A DNA stretch of 49,753 bases, filler included, from Jimgerdemannia flammicorona (lineage: Eukaryota), in assembly GCA_003990765.1 (NCBI GenBank). It is 2 parts of 2 records of this genome, joined end to end, with 100 filler letters (N's around TTAATTAATTAA, not from the genome) between each part and the next. Parts side by side here need not be neighbours in the genome. Positions count along the whole stretch, not along the records: positions 24,928 to 49,753 come from RBNJ01000919.1; 1 more part is not named here. One strand, given 5' to 3'. The position numbers were made by a program, and so were the translations under genes. Position 1 is the first letter of the stretch. The number at the start of each line of letters is the position of its first letter. The notes beneath the pieces are model-generated. The model was not told where the DNA came from. It was given only the letters and a program-made list of their open reading frames with translations, and searched no databases. Shown in pieces: positions 34,614 to 48,574 of this stretch.

Positions 34614-35632
34614 ATGATCACCCCAATCGATAGCGAAGAGTTTCCGCACGGCTATTTCTACATAAAATCCAAGAAGAACGGTATGGTGCTCGATGTCGAG
34701 GAGGCTTCGGTCAGGGTATATGTATATTCATGCCTTCGGCCTGACGTGGCAACCTCTTTCTGTAGGACATTTGACCAACCACAAAGTGTATTAACGTCCA
34801 CCATCAATCTTGTACGGCACACGCCTTGTGTAGCCTAATGCAAGGGTCATTGTGTGGCCGCAGAAGTTCAGGGACAACTCGAACCAGTTGTGGAGTTATG
34901 ATGAAGGCTTCCTCGTCAACAAGAACTCTGGTCTTGGTTAGTTACATTACTAATCAACTCGTTCGGTTACGTTGGCTTTTGAAGAATACAAATCAAAGGA
35001 TGCGGTGATAGAACAACCACGAGAGCCTTCGATTTGGTGCAGAAAGTTTGATATCATATCATTAACTCATTCATACATCCTCTGCTTCCCATACCGAATT
35101 TCTGATTATGTGATTCAGTATTGGAGGTGAAAGGAGGTATGTTTTTGGCCATCACGGTCCATGAGATACGATCGCTGGTCGCATTTGCATCACAACTAAC
35201 ATATGCACTTCCAAATGACAGGTATGCTTCAGTCCGACCGCCAGATCGTCCAATCGAAGCGCAAGTTCACAGCGGAAGCTCAAAATCAGCTGTGGCACTA
35301 CTGTGAGGAAGGATTCTTCTACCCGCTTGAGCACTCAAATCTCGTACTTGATATCCGGGTATGTTTGGTCGGATTTGGTGTGTCGTCATAAAACATTGTA
35401 CATATTTCAACCATATTAATTAATAACCACCTCCTTTGTCAAATCTCACCTTCATTCTCAGGGCGACTCTGACAAACCAGGTGCCACCATCCTTCTGTAC
35501 CAACGCAAAGACGCCGACAACAAAAATCAGTTGTGGACGATTGAACCGTACGGTGTCTCGGGTGAAACCTTTTCGTTCTCGGGACAAGAGGGGTATTCGT
35601 ATTCATTCAGCAAATCCTCATATGATATCTAA
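34614..35632 (+). CDS. Ricin-B (beta-trefoil, CBM13-like) lectin, 5 exons
   Basis: MITPIDSEEFPHGYFYIKSKKNGMVLDV, three NQLW repeats, GT-AG introns (exons about 34614-34715, 34834-34936, 35119-35136, 35222-35358, 35462-35632). Confidence 0.85.
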
Positions 35633-36460
35633 GCACTCTGTTTTGTCGTCGGGTTAATGTTTTGTAATGCAGGTTAGAGAATGTGATACAAAATGATGCT
35701 TTATCAATATAACACATAATCGTTTAACTACTCGAACATTGGCGATACTGGTATCGCACGAAGAAATATAGTACAATTGAAGACGCACACCATGCCGTGT
35801 TACTATTTGGGTTGGCTTAAAGCCAACAACAGAAAAGTTCGAAGATGAATATCGCATTTCTTTCTCGCAAGCCTGACCTTCAGAAATATTCTCTTTTAAT
35901 ACAAGCAAGTAGAACCCGACAAAGTTCAATCACAAAACCAAAGCGGAACCAGATTTCCTTCGTAACATTCAATCACGTATGGAAAGAACGGATGTTCTTG
36001 TGGAATCAAACGGACAAATACCTTGTGATAAACAAGATTTAAGTCATTAATAAATCGCCTCGACATTGCTGAAGGTCTCCTCAAGATGATGACTACGGGT
36101 TCAACCACACCATCGCCATGCGCACGCGCCTCGGCGAACCTGCAGAATTTTATCTTCCACCGAATCGAGATATTTATTTGTTGTCTGTGAAGAGGCATGG
36201 CAAAAGGGGGAAGCGACATCAGGCGTCATGGTAAGGAACTTTCCGTAGGGGTTTCAACCGACTCCCATATAGACCGGTGTATCTGCCCCGTTCTCACATC
36301 ACTAATTATGTATTAAACTAATATCGCTTCTTACTACGGATATTCAACGCTTTTGACCATTTTATATTGCATTGATAGATCATTTCTTGCACGACCTTTT
36401 TATTTATACGAAAGATTTCGGAACATGCATGATGTCTGTCGTGTATTATTCTTTGCAGCA

Positions 36461-36884
36461 CTACGCCAACGGGCTAATCAACCTGATAAAGCGGTGGTGA
36501 GGTCGCAGATCAGACACAGAGACAGGAAAGACGAGAAACAAATGTGGCATGGGAGGAATTTATCGCTACATACTTGATCAGAGATGGCTTTGGGTTACTC
36601 CAGGTGAAGCCTGGGCATGTGTGGAGGGATATGTAGGTGAGGCAAAAAATAAAAAGTAAAAACGAGCTGAGGACGCAAATCCAGTCGGCCCTGAGAGTTG
36701 CTTACCGAGGTAGATAACGAAGGGGATGAATCCCCAATGGACGACGTGCTTGGTAAAGTCGATGACCTGGTTTGGTGAGAGGGGAATGGGGAGCGATGAG
36801 GGATAGGTTGGGTGTGAAATAAAGCTTAGGCGAGGATTTCTTTCCTTGTACCTTGAGTATTTTCTCCTTTGTTTCCTCCTGCAT
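36461..36884 (-). CDS. TOM7: Mitochondrial import receptor subunit Tom7, 4 exons
   Basis: Spliced product MQEETKEKILKVIDFTKHVVHWGFIPFVIYLGFTWSNPKPSLIKLISPLA*, with the Tom7 signature H.GFIP.V.YLG; GT-AG introns. Confidence 0.92.
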
Positions 36885-37023
36885 GATGACGGTTCACTGT
36901 TTGGCTGGTTGCTGTTGCTAGTAAATTTGTTTATATATATATAAGGCGTGACTGGTTTATCGTCCTGTGGCTCATTTCCATGCATTTTTGTTTTTCCACC
37001 AGCAACCTCTCCCTCCCTTCACC

Positions 37024-38492
37024 ATGACTTCCGCAAACTACAAAGCCGCTGACCTGCTACCAAAGATTCAGCAGGCAATCGACGCCCTCGAATACCCTCT
37101 GGCCCACGCCTTCTGCACTAGGGCCCTCCAGCTCGAGCCCGAAAACGTCGACGCGCTCGAGTTGACGGGGCAGGTGGAGATCGAGCTGGGGAAGCTGTGG
37201 GACGCGAAGATGGTGGGAATATTGCTACTTTTATTGTCAAATCTCAATACTTGGAATACCATGTTTTATTCCTCACCCTACTGTTTTCATTAGCACTTCC
37301 AAAAAGCTGTTTCTCTCCAACCCGCTATCGGTTTCACCAAGTTCATGTATCTCGGCCAGCTCTCAGGGGAGCTCGAGGCCATTCAGAACTTCCAACGCGG
37401 CGTCGACCTCATGACTCAGGAGCGCCTCGGGCTGCCGGAGGGGTCCGAGGAAGCCCAAACCCTCAGCCGGAGGATCTCGTCCGCGCTGGTCTCCATGACC
37501 GAGATCTATCTTACGGATTGTTGGTGAGTTACTCATTATTCTGTCGATATCATATGGTTTTTGGCGAAGGCGGAAAGGGGAAAGGGGCCGCGCCCAGACG
37601 TTGTAGTCTGACGCGACTAATCCCCGAACGAGTACCACTCACAACGCACTATAGTTTCGAACTCGAAGCCGAACAGAAATGCGAAGCCTACCTCCAACAA
37701 GCCGTTTCCGTCGACCCGTCCAACCCAGAGGTCTACCAAACCCTCGCCTCCGTCCGCCTCAGCCAGGTACGCAACGATGAGGCCCGCGACGCGCTGGAAC
37801 GGAGCATGCGCTTGTGGATCGGCCTCGAGCCCGGTACATATATATATCCTCCCCTCCTCCTCTTCCTTCTTTTCATTCCCACCTTCACTACTTGACGCTG
37901 ACCTTTGGAACGCGGACAACAGGCCACTCCTTCATTCCCCTCTACGACTCGCGCATCGCGCTAGTCAAGATGCTACTCGAGCTGTCGTTGTATTCGCGCG
38001 CCTTTGTGGTGCTGGAGGGGCTGCAGAAGGAAAACGATCAGGTTGTCGATTTGTGGTACTTGTATGGATGGGCGTATTATTGTCAAGGAGAAGAGACCAA
38101 GGAGGAGGAAGAGAGAAAGGGAATGTGGGAGGACGCAAGGGAGTGTCTCGAGCAGGCGGTCAATGTGAGTATCGTGATGAAGGGGCCCGGAGGAGATTGT
38201 GATGTGGATTACGTGATGTGCTGCCATGTGGTAAATGAACAAAATGTTTGTGAACCATGTCTATTTGCTTACCGAACACCCTACCAACTCTTATACAACC
38301 CGTGCATGAACGACATAGCTCTATCAACAGCAGGAACCCGATGACGAGGGCATGCTCCAGCACAGCCAGGAGCTAATACAGAAGATCGACGGGGTCATGC
38401 CGCGGGGTGATGACGAAGACGAGGATGAGGACGAGGACGAGGAGGGAAATGGTGAGGGGGAGGTCGATGACGATGAAGAGATGGAGGTGTGA
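37024..38492 (+). CDS. ACL4: TPR protein, assembly chaperone of ribosomal protein L4 (Acl4-like), multi-exon
   Basis: TPR helices (RALQLEPENVDALE, KFMYLGQLS, EIYLTDC, LASVRLSQ, DLWYLYGW) and an acidic C-terminal tail ending EEMEV*. Confidence 0.8.
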
Positions 38493-38639
38493 GAAATAGT
38501 TGGGCTCGATGTGGGTTAGATTGGGAAAGACAATTGGAGGGTGGGAACTGAGCGAGATGGAACTGGAGTGACATTTTTAAGTATGCTGTTTTGGGTGTCT
38601 GGAAAAAATTTGGTCGCGTGTTTAGATTGTTGTTGTCGG

Positions 38640-38640
<1 letters not shown>

Positions 38641-38670
<30 letters not shown>
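38641..38670. repeat. (TTA)10 microsatellite
   Basis: Perfect trinucleotide run between the convergent ACL4 and NAT genes. Confidence 0.9.
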
Positions 38671-38674
<4 letters not shown>

Positions 38675-38780
38675 GTTTTCCTGATAGGTTGTGGGTTGAA
38701 GTTCTGATAATTCTCATTATCAAATAATATTGCATTTTCATCTCGCCACGTGACCTTTATTGGTAATGGTTCAATTACAT

Positions 38781-39761
38781 CTACTCCATCAACGCTACAC
38801 TTCTCCCTTTCATCCCACCTATATCTTCCTCGCTCAGTTTGATTCCAAACCACTCTTCAATTGCTTTTACCCTCTCATGTTCCCTCTCAAATTGCTGTAT
38901 TAATTTAGTTTCCCCATCCCTCCGCAATTTCAATATATCGTTTAACAAAAGCACCCTCGTCAAAACTCCGTCCTCATCTCTGCGCAATCGCGCCATCATC
39001 ACGTTCTTCACAAACTTCGATTCGGGATTTGTAGACATATATTGATTCGCCACGTAATAATCTGCGTGCGAACGCTCAGTCAGGTCGAAAACCACGGCCG
39101 ACATCCAAGGGGAATCCGGTTTGTAGCGGTACTCCAACAACCAGTAGGGCGGGTTCTCCTGTCGGACGTTTGAGGCCAGATGGACGCGTGTGAAACGGAA
39201 TTGCTCGGGCCTTACACCCGGCGTAATCTCGTGCTCCACCAGCATCTTGGGTGCCGGGAGGGTTTGCCCACCGAATCCGACGTCCACGAGCCACAGCGCG
39301 TCTTGTCGATCTTCCGAGTCCCCACCGTCCTGTGCGGTGGTAGGAAGCTGCACGATGGTGATCTGGTGCGTCATTGGCGGGGCCTTGATTGTAGGCTGCC
39401 CGTCTTGGACCTCCACCTTCGCTTCGAGGACCACGCTTGCGGCACCGGTCCAGAGTTTGTAGCCCAAACTCCGTAACACCCGAGCGAATAAGCCATTATT
39501 CTCGAAGCAATACCCGCCGCGGCGGTTGAGGACAATCTTGTTGTACAGAGCTTGCGGCTCAATGTCGATGGTGTGGTTCGAAGAGTAGTGGATGGTCAGG
39601 TTTTCGAAGGGGATGGCTTGCTGGTGATTAACAATAAGTTGACAGAGATTTTCGATTGTCGGTGCAGGGAGACCGCTGGGGGAAGGATCACGCTGAGAAT
39701 AGTTGATCCGGTCAAAGTAGGCGAGAAGTTCATCTTGAGTGAAGGGAGTGAAGGTAGCCAT
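38781..39761 (-). CDS. Arylamine N-acetyltransferase (326 aa, intronless)
   Basis: IPFENL, RRGGYCFENN (catalytic Cys), THQ (His) and VDVGFG (Asp) triad motifs. Confidence 0.93.
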   Translation of the reverse strand: MATFTPFTQDELLAYFDRINYSQRDPSPSGLPAPTIENLCQLIVNHQQAIPFENLTIHYSSNHTIDIEPQALYNKIVLNRRGGYCFENNGLFARVLRSLGYKLWTGAASVVLEAKVEVQDGQPTIKAPPMTHQITIVQLPTTAQDGGDSEDRQDALWLVDVGFGGQTLPAPKMLVEHEITPGVRPEQFRFTRVHLASNVRQENPPYWLLEYRYKPDSPWMSAVVFDLTERSHADYYVANQYMSTNPESKFVKNVMMARLRRDEDGVLTRVLLLNDILKLRRDGETKLIQQFEREHERVKAIEEWFGIKLSEEDIGGMKGRSVALME

Positions 39762-40399
39762 TATTTACGCTTCGATGATTGTCGCGTCGATAAGATTCTG
39801 CTGCGTAATTTTCCTAGAAGGATGACCGATAAACACGATTGGAATGGAGGGTGTAACTGGTCCGAATCTAGCCTAGAATACGCTGACAAAAGCTTTTGCT
39901 GGGACCCCCACGGACCCTACTCCCCGTCGACGACGTCGCGTAAGAAAGCTTGCCAAGAAGACAAGTCGATAGGTGGCTCTCTACGCCATTACGTATTCGA
40001 AGCTCAAATCCCACGTCTTTTTCAAAGTGCTGATACAATATCGGATCGAGTGACACGAGCGTAGAACGGTTGGACGACTATGGAGATTTAGTAGAGCAAT
40101 ATAGCGCTCCAGAATAGCATCGTTTTGTAGAAAATAAGAGAAATCCAAAATAAAAATCACATTAGGACGAAACCCACGACGCACATCTTAACATTTGAAG
40201 TATATTTTGGAACAAGTAACTCCGAAGGAGAGGTAGGGGTTATCATTTCAAGTTGGCATTTGTTTTTTTTTTTCTGGCATTTGAAAATAATTAATGCGTC
40301 ATCCTGTGCGCAGTGCATCGTCGCACGTGACAAGGAATTTGAAGCCTGATTTTTTCTTTCGTCGCGAACCTAGGACCTTTCAAACCGCAAACCGCAACA

Positions 40400-43300
40400 A
40401 TGAGCACATCCAACACTGTCGACCCTCGGCTCAGCTCAGACCCCGCCTCCGAAGCTGCCGCCGCGGAAGGCTCCGCCAAGTCAAAGAATGCCGACAAGAA
40501 CGAGGCCAAGAGGCTCGCGAAGCTTGCAAAGTTCCAACAGAAGCAGGCCGCAAAGGTGAGATGCCTAACTCTGGGCTGGGGCGTTAGTCACACACTCCGC
40601 GCATTGCACGGACCTCATTGCACACTACGTGCGGATTTGAAAGGCGAGCCAACCCGTATCTGGTAGGGAGCGCTCGCCGCTTCGTGGGCTTGATCAAGGC
40701 CGAGTTCTTACTCGCGGCGCGGCACCTTCTTTCGCCCGACTATGATGTAGGAAGCGCCCAAGGCCGAGGCTGCTCCCAAAGAGAAGAAGGAGAAGAAGCC
40801 AAAGACTGAAAAGGCCCCCGAGCCTGAATACGTGAACATCACTCCAGCCGGTGAAAAGAAGGGTAATTGGTTTTTGTCCCCGAGTCGCATTCTGATGTGT
40901 CACTCCATCGTCAGCCTATCAACTGTATTATCGTTTTCGTTGGGCTTCAATAGACATATCCCAGCCCATCGCCTCTAGCTACAATCCCCGTGCCGTCGAA
41001 TCGGCATGGTACGAATGGTGGGAGAAGGAGAAGCTCTTTACGCCTCAGTTTGGCCCGAACGGCAAGCCCAAGCCCGAAGGCCTGTTCGTCGTCCCCGCAC
41101 CACCGCCCAATGTCACAGGATCTTTGCATATCGGCCATGCTCTCACCGTCGCCATCCAGGACTCGCTGGTCCGGTGGTACGTATTCCGAGCGCGATGCCA
41201 GCTCCTTGTGCATTGCATCCTAATCTTTCTTGATTTGGATTCCAAACGTCTCTCAGACAGGCTCTAACAGAACGCGCACACACAACGCATTCTGTTTCAG
41301 GAACCGCATGCAGGGCAAGACCGTTCTCTTCAACCCCGGTACCGATCACGCCGGCATCTCGTGCCAATCCGTCGTCGAGAAGAAGTTGTGGAAAGAGCAG
41401 AAGAAGACGCGTCACGATCTGGGCCGTGAAACCTTCGTGGCTGAAGTGTGGAAGTGGAAGGAGAAGTACGGCGATCGTATCTACGAGCAGTTCAAGCGCC
41501 TAGGCTCGTCGTACGATTGGGACCGGGCGGCGTTCACGATGGATCCTGTGGGTTTCTCAATCCCCTTTGAAGACCTTTCCGTACTGTCTATCCGTCTTGC
41601 CCTCACCCATTGTGTCGGACGCTCATTAGTATCCTCGTAAATTTTCCTAGAAACCCTCCAAAGCCGTCCGTGAGACTTTTGTTCGTCTCCACGACGAAGG
41701 TATCATCTATCGCGCCAACCGCCTCGTGAACTGGTGCGTCCGTCTCAACACCACGTTATCGAACCTCGAGGTTGAGAGTAGGGAGTTGGCGGGACGTACG
41801 CTCTTGTCCGTGCCCGGATATGAAGCCCACGAGAAATTCGAGTTTGGTGTCCTCGTGCAGTTTGCATACCCGGTCGAGGATTCAGGTAAAATTGTTCTTA
41901 TTTTTATTTATTTTTATTATCCGAGAGTATCATGTTTTATTGTCCATGGCGGCTTTTCGAGACGTGAGGCGAAGATTTGTGTTTGGAAAAGCTGTGGAGG
42001 ACAGTGGGGGTTGAACTTTGGCTAACTCTTTTTTCCAAGGATCTACATCAATTCATTGATCCCCCTCCCCCCCCCCCTTTCTCTTTATCTCAATCCTATA
42101 TAATGGGTAGATGAGAAGCTTGTTGTCGCCACCACCCGTGTGGAGACTATGCTGGGTGACACTGCCGTCGCCGTCCATTCACAGGACACACGCTACAAGG
42201 TGTGCATTGGGATTTTTGTTGGAATTCGACGAACTCGCGGTCAACCTTATTAGTTCAAATCTTACTATTTTACCATATCTGGCATCTGACCAATCAACCA
42301 CACCTGACATGTTCCACATAGCACCTTCACGGCAAGTACGTTATTCATCCCTTCAACGACCGCCGCCTCCCCATCGTCATCGACGATGTCCTCGTCGACC
42401 CAACCTTCGGCACGGGCGCCGTCAAGATCACCCCCGCGCACGATTTCAATGACTACGAGGTCGGCAAGCGTCACAACCTCGAATTTATCAACATTCTCAA
42501 CGATGATGGCACGTTAAACGAGAACGCGGGACAGTTCAAAGGCTTTCGCCGCTTCCACGCCCGCAAGGCCGTCGTGGACGCGCTCAAGGAGAAGGGGCTG
42601 TACATCGATACCAAGGACAATCCGATGACCGTTCCTATTTGCAGGTAGGGATGAGATTTTGGCACGTCAACATGGAAGTAGAGGGACACTAGTTTCTCAT
42701 ACAAAAGATCACAGAAGGACTGATACTCGTTTTTGTGCGTGTCCACAGCAAGTCCGGCGACATCATCGAGCCGCTGATGAAGCCGCAATGGTGGGTCAAT
42801 TGCAAGGATATGGCTGACGCCGCCATGCAGGTCCGTTTAAGACTTGAATTCTTCGCACATGTGACATACATCCGTATTTCGCGCTCCTGACGATTTGGTT
42901 TGCAATTTTCTTCTCCACTCCGCAGGCCGTCACGGACGGCAAGCTCAAGATCCAACCAAAGACTTCGGAGCAAGAATGGTTCCGCTGGTTGGGCAGCATC
43001 CAGGACTGGTGCGTCTCACGTCAGCTGTGGTGGGGTCACCGCGTGCCAGCATACTTTGTCAGGTTGGAGAAGATTGATTTTCAAGATGTAGGTGATACAT
43101 TTTGGTGCAAAGCTCGAATCATGGGCGATCGTGCTTTTTAGGTGAACGCAATGTCAGATATATTGTGTCGGTGCAGCCAGGAAACCGTGAAGTTGGCGTG
43201 CAACGCATACCGCATGGACCCCGCGGCACGTGCGGTATACTGGGATGGGCTTGGGGAATCCGAGGGATGGAACGCGGGAGAGTCTTTTGTACTGGCCTTA

Positions 43301-45934
43301 AACGACAGAATCAGTCATACACGTATGCCGTATATTTTTACTAGAAATCGGATTTAATCATGTATTTTTCATTTACAGCCTTCCGATAATCATTACTGGA
43401 TCTCAGGCCAAGACGAGGAGATCGCCATGAAGAAGGCAAGAGCCAGGTTCCACGACCAAAAGTTCACCTTGGAGCAAGGTATATATTTTTTTGTCGAATT
43501 GCTTTCGACCATCACCAAAGCTATGCATTTCCAATGTAAGCTGACGATGTTTCACTACCCGACGTCAGATCCTGATGTGCTGGACACGTGGTTCTCGTCA
43601 GGCCTGTGGCCTTTCTCGATTTTTGGCTGGCCCGATGATGTGAGTGTCACACAAGATTTACAGTGCCGTCCTTGATTCAGCACAGGCAATTGTATGCCAT
43701 ATAAGCAATATTGTCACCTAACACCATGCATTTTTGTCTTCCGGACTAGACCGAGGACCTCCGCAACTTTTATCCCACTTCCCTCCTAGAGACCGGCTGG
43801 GACATCCTGTTCTTCTGGGTCGCACGCATGGTGATGCTGGGCATTAAGTTGACGGGCCAGGCTCCCTTCTCACAGGTCTTCTGCCACGCGATGATTCGTG
43901 ACGCGCATGGTCGCAAGATGTCCAAGAGCTTGGGCAACGTCGTCGATCCCGTTGACGTGATCGAGGGTATTTCGCTCGAGTCAATGCACCAGAAACTATA
44001 CGAGGGTAACCTTGACGCTGTGGAGATTGAGAGGGCAAAGTCAGGGCAGGTACGTTTGCGAGTGGGATTGGGATTTGTGCTCGTCGAAATGGCAACGCAT
44101 GCGTCGACACGAAACCTCCAATGTCAATAACCGTCATGTTATCATATAATACGACTTCGTAGAAAGCGGACTACCCCAACGGCATTCCCGAGTGTGGTAC
44201 TGACGCACTACGGTTTGCACTGTGCGCGTACACATCGGCAGGTGAGAATTTCCCTATTATCTCTCCTGCTAGCTTTCGCATTGCATGTGCTAATTGGAAT
44301 CTAAATGTTTCCTATTGTGTGTTTCTCCACAGGCCGGGACATCAACCTTGATATCCTTCGTGTTGAGGGCTACCGCAAGTTCTGCAACAAACTCTGGAAT
44401 GCCACACGCTTTGCGTTGATGAAGCTTGGTGATGACTTCCAGCCTCGAACTGACGCCACGGTATGTGATGTCTTTGAGTAGAGCGAACGCTTCATGACAT
44501 GGTCTTTGTTCAGGGATATGTCCAAGATTACTAAGCATTTTTTGCGCCATCAATAACATAGCTCACTGGGAACGAGTCGCTAGCGGATCGGTGGATCCTC
44601 AGTAAGCTCAATAATGCCTCGATCGAGGTTAACAAGGCATTGCTTGACAACAACTTCATGATTGCTACCAACGTCGTCTACCAGTTTTGGATCTATGAAC
44701 TCTGCGACGTTTTTATCGTGAGTTCTAGTCCCCTTGGTCTTTCTGGGTTAGTTTGCTCTGTGTCATTCAATGCTGGCTTGTTTCCTGACATGTCGTCTTT
44801 CACAGGAAATCAGCAAGCCCGCCATCGATTCGAACCAAGATATATCTGAGAACGTTGTCCGTAGACGTTCAGCACAAGATACCCTGTATACATGCTTGGA
44901 GGCTGGCTTGAAACTCTTGCATCCTTTCATGCCCTTTGTCACCGAGGAGTTGTACCAGCGTTTGGCACGGCGCCCGGGTGATAGCATCCGTACTATCGCG
45001 CTGGCGAGATACCCCATTGAGGTATACTAGTCGATGTTGAGCTGTCAATTAATGTACTCATTATCCGTACTGGCACGTTCGTTCTGGGTAGTAAGATTAT
45101 GCTAAAATCGCCCTTTGCAATATCAGGAACCGGCATATGCTGATCAACAAGCGGAGAAGGACTTTGACCAGGTCTTCGCCATCGTCAAGGCTGCGCGTTC
45201 CTTGATTGCCGAGTACAACATACAATCCAACGCGAAGAGTAGGTGAAGACGACACTTTGTTCGCAATATTTATTTGGATGCATGCCTCTTAAATGGCCAC
45301 TTGATTCGTTGAACCTCCACTTTTTTTTGACGCTGAACTGTACTCTCTTTATTTCCCGCTTTTCCTAGTATATATCAAGTCTTCAGGCGCAAGGCTCCAC
45401 GCCATATTCCGTTCCCAAGAGCCGTCCATTGTCACCCTGATCAAAGAGTGCAGCGAAGCCACTTCTTTGGAGCCATCTCATGATGTTCCCCACGGTTGTG
45501 CGCTGTCGACGATTTCGGAGGACATCAACGTCCTCCTGTTGGTTAAGGTGAGTCTTGTGTAATTGACCTTTTACAGAAACCGATTACCTGATGTGCAACG
45601 GAAATCTAAATTGTGATACACTTGACAGGGTATGGTTGACCTCGATGCTGAGGTCAGCAAATTCCAGAAAAAGCTCGGCAATGTCACCAAGGCACAGGAA
45701 ACGCTCCAGAAGAAGATTTCCATCACTGATTACGAGATTAAAGTACCTGCCGATGTTCGGGAGGCTAACGAGACTAAGGTATGTGTGCGAGCTTCGATAT
45801 TGATTTGCGCCTTTTCTATATGAGACGTTCATTGGTGAAACTGTTCATTTGTATATACATAGCTCAAGAGTTACCAAGCTGAGATCGACGCATTAACACT
45901 CAGTATCCAGAACTTCCTTAAGCTGAAAGACTGA
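40400..45934 (+). CDS. VAS1: Valyl-tRNA synthetase, many introns
   Basis: [15 protein letters not shown] (HIGH) near 41100-41145, [51 protein letters not shown] near 43910-43940; C-terminal coiled coil ending FLKLKD*. Confidence 0.96.
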
Positions 45935-48574
45935 GAAATATATGATTATTTACGCAAGAGTGGACATTTTGGGGGCCTCACCGCAATTTGGTTTCGATGT
46001 GTAATATAATCTTTTTGTGTGATCTCCATGCAACCTGAAAAACATCTGGAATTAGTCCGTTTTAAATTACGATTGTATTGGCATCTATGAGGCTATACGC
46101 GGTTATTTGTGCCACATGAAGCAGATGGACGTAAAGTTACCAAAATAGTGGTTAATGTTGAGCTTCAAAAGCTTGTCTTTATCTTGAATCGTTTCAGCAT
46201 GCCATGGCAGGCTAAATGTAAGTAATCTCCCCACTTTTTTGAGCAAGATATTTAAGAAATACGGAGTTAAAACCCCGTTCAGAAAAGAGTGAAGCCGATT
46301 TACTCGAAAAACTCTTCGGCAACTAAAACCCCTAAAATCACATTAGTCGACTTACCGAATATATTCTGCGTATGAGCAAGGAAGTGCCCATGAACCCCGA
46401 GGTGGGTACCGCTGCAGTTCAGGTTCTGGCCTGATCTAAACGTCTGGCATATATCATTTATTACGTCGCTTCAGCCAAACAAAAAAAAAAAACACCTATA
46501 CACATAATTATGTGCATGTACTACCAAACATCACTCACAAGATCCATTGTAAATTATTTTTCATCATGTACTTAGCCATCTCACCACAAAAATGGCAGTC
46601 AAAATACATTGTTCAATGAGCAAATTCTCTACTAAGACACATTGCAAGTATTGTTTGCTTGACCAGCTATTTGGATTTGGTCGTTATCCAAGTTTCCAAG
46701 AAGCGGAACAATAATTCAAACCTGATACTAAAGTATATAATCAACTTGTAATAAGGTCATAACCTAGTAGGTATCCAAGAAATGAGTATCGTTGATCCAC
46801 AGCTATGCCTGGCCTCGGCTAATTTAGACGTCAAAAGTGCAACTTCATTCAATAGCAAGAACATCCAATCATGCATCAGTACAGAGAACCTCGCTTTCGC
46901 TTTCTTGCCTGTGGCGGCCCTGCAAGTGTTTCACTCACTTCCTACACCATACCCTGGCGCAGCGCTACGCCCACAAATGGGGTGCCCTGAACACAGTCAT
47001 CTAGTACTGTTTCAGGCACCAACCGATGGAAATAAGACTACCGTCTTAATGCGATTGACCCATATCAGCTTCGATGAGATTGCAAAGTAATAATATACTC
47101 GAGCCGAAGTATTAAAATATTGAAAAGCTGGACAAGATTGGAGGTGATCGATTGAAAGCTCTCACCAGCATGACAACTGTGGCCAACAGTGACACCGTGA
47201 GCATATTTTTATCATTCATCACATTGGGAAAACGTGCCTTACCACCAGTGAACAGGAGGCCGATTGCGTTAGTGATCCAGTGTAAGTGGAAGGACGTCCC
47301 ACCTTAAGGACGTTTGTCGTGCTCAAAACGAAACCGGAAATCGCCTCAGATACACAATAGCAAATTTTAAGCTGGGTGCACCAACGTTTTTGAAAGAGAT
47401 ATCCGGACATGGTTCAGGGCTCTTACGACTTGCCATACTGATACAGTCCGATACCAATACTTATGACGTCGAAAGTCAGATTCTGAAACCGGACGAAAGG
47501 CGCATTTGCTTCTTTTTACTCTCCAGATTTACATCTTCAACATCTTCACAATTTCTTTGAGCACGTTCAGGATGGATGTTGCATACGCGAGGTGTGACAT
47601 GGTGCGTATCACATTACGTGTGTTGCTATTAAGTTCTTTGTAGGGGTTCCCATGTGGTCTCCTTTCGTTTGCATCCGCCCAATACCTGCGAGTACAAAAC
47701 AGGCGTCCTGTCGTTTCTGCTCTTTATATTAATCCGTGCTCAAGCTCTTTGAACGTCTACGTCGTTATCTCCCTGTCGTCAGGTATGACTTTCTTTGTGG
47801 GACCTTTCGTTCGTCTGAACTGGGGCGGATTTCGCTTCTTCTTACCTACCATCTCGACGTTTTGGTGCACTCCGTTTGCCCGCATTTGCATCGCTACTTG
47901 ACATGTCAACATTTTGTGTGTCTTTGTCTTTGCAACATTTTCAGCGACACTATCATTACAACATTTTCGGCCTATTTTTTACACCTTCTCTATCTACCTT
48001 GGAACGTTTTACGACTCTCGTTTTGCTTTATTCGTTTTTTTTGACGTTGCTTTCATTGAAAAATCTTTGCCTCTCTGTTTTAACATTTGGTTTAACCCAT
48101 ATGAACGATAATATTTTAACCTACCAGCTCTCAAATTCGACCAAATACTCTAACACTATTGAATCATTATCCAAACATAATCCCATGTTCATTAAATAAG
48201 AAATGCAATCAATAGCATCAAAATAATTGGATATCGACACGTGTGTTCTACCATTCGTGTTTGTTAACCACATCACCTTGCTCACAAAACTTTCAATGGA
48301 TATAAGGTAATATCTGTCTCAATGTGCAAACCCGCCCTTCGCCCTGCCTCTCTTCTGCGACAGCATGGTCATGGCCTACCACATTTCTATTCCCACCCGG
48401 TGACCACCTCAGATCCTTTCCTGGGCCCCACACGAAACTCTCGGTGCCATGTACGTCAAGCTAACTGCAGAGATATAGTTGTTGTCCTCAGTCTTTGTAG
48501 ACGTGATATCATGTGACCCATAAAGAAATCCGCGAAAGAAACATTACTCTAATGTTCGCTTCCCCCGCCAACAG

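Noticed and set aside
35926..36219. 97-aa minus-strand ORF between the lectin and TOM7
   Set aside because: No recognisable motifs or splice structure; cannot be supported.
40294..40399. Upstream ATG as a mitochondrial presequence for dual-targeted ValRS
   Set aside because: ATG 40294 is out of frame with ATG 40400, and the ValRS frame has a TGA at 40340-40342.
39076..45832. Many antisense or alternate-frame ORFs over NAT and VAS1
   Set aside because: Shadow ORFs of GC-rich coding exons.
46000..48500. Short ORFs between VAS1 and the kinase relic
   Set aside because: No motifs or consistent exon structure; treated as intergenic.
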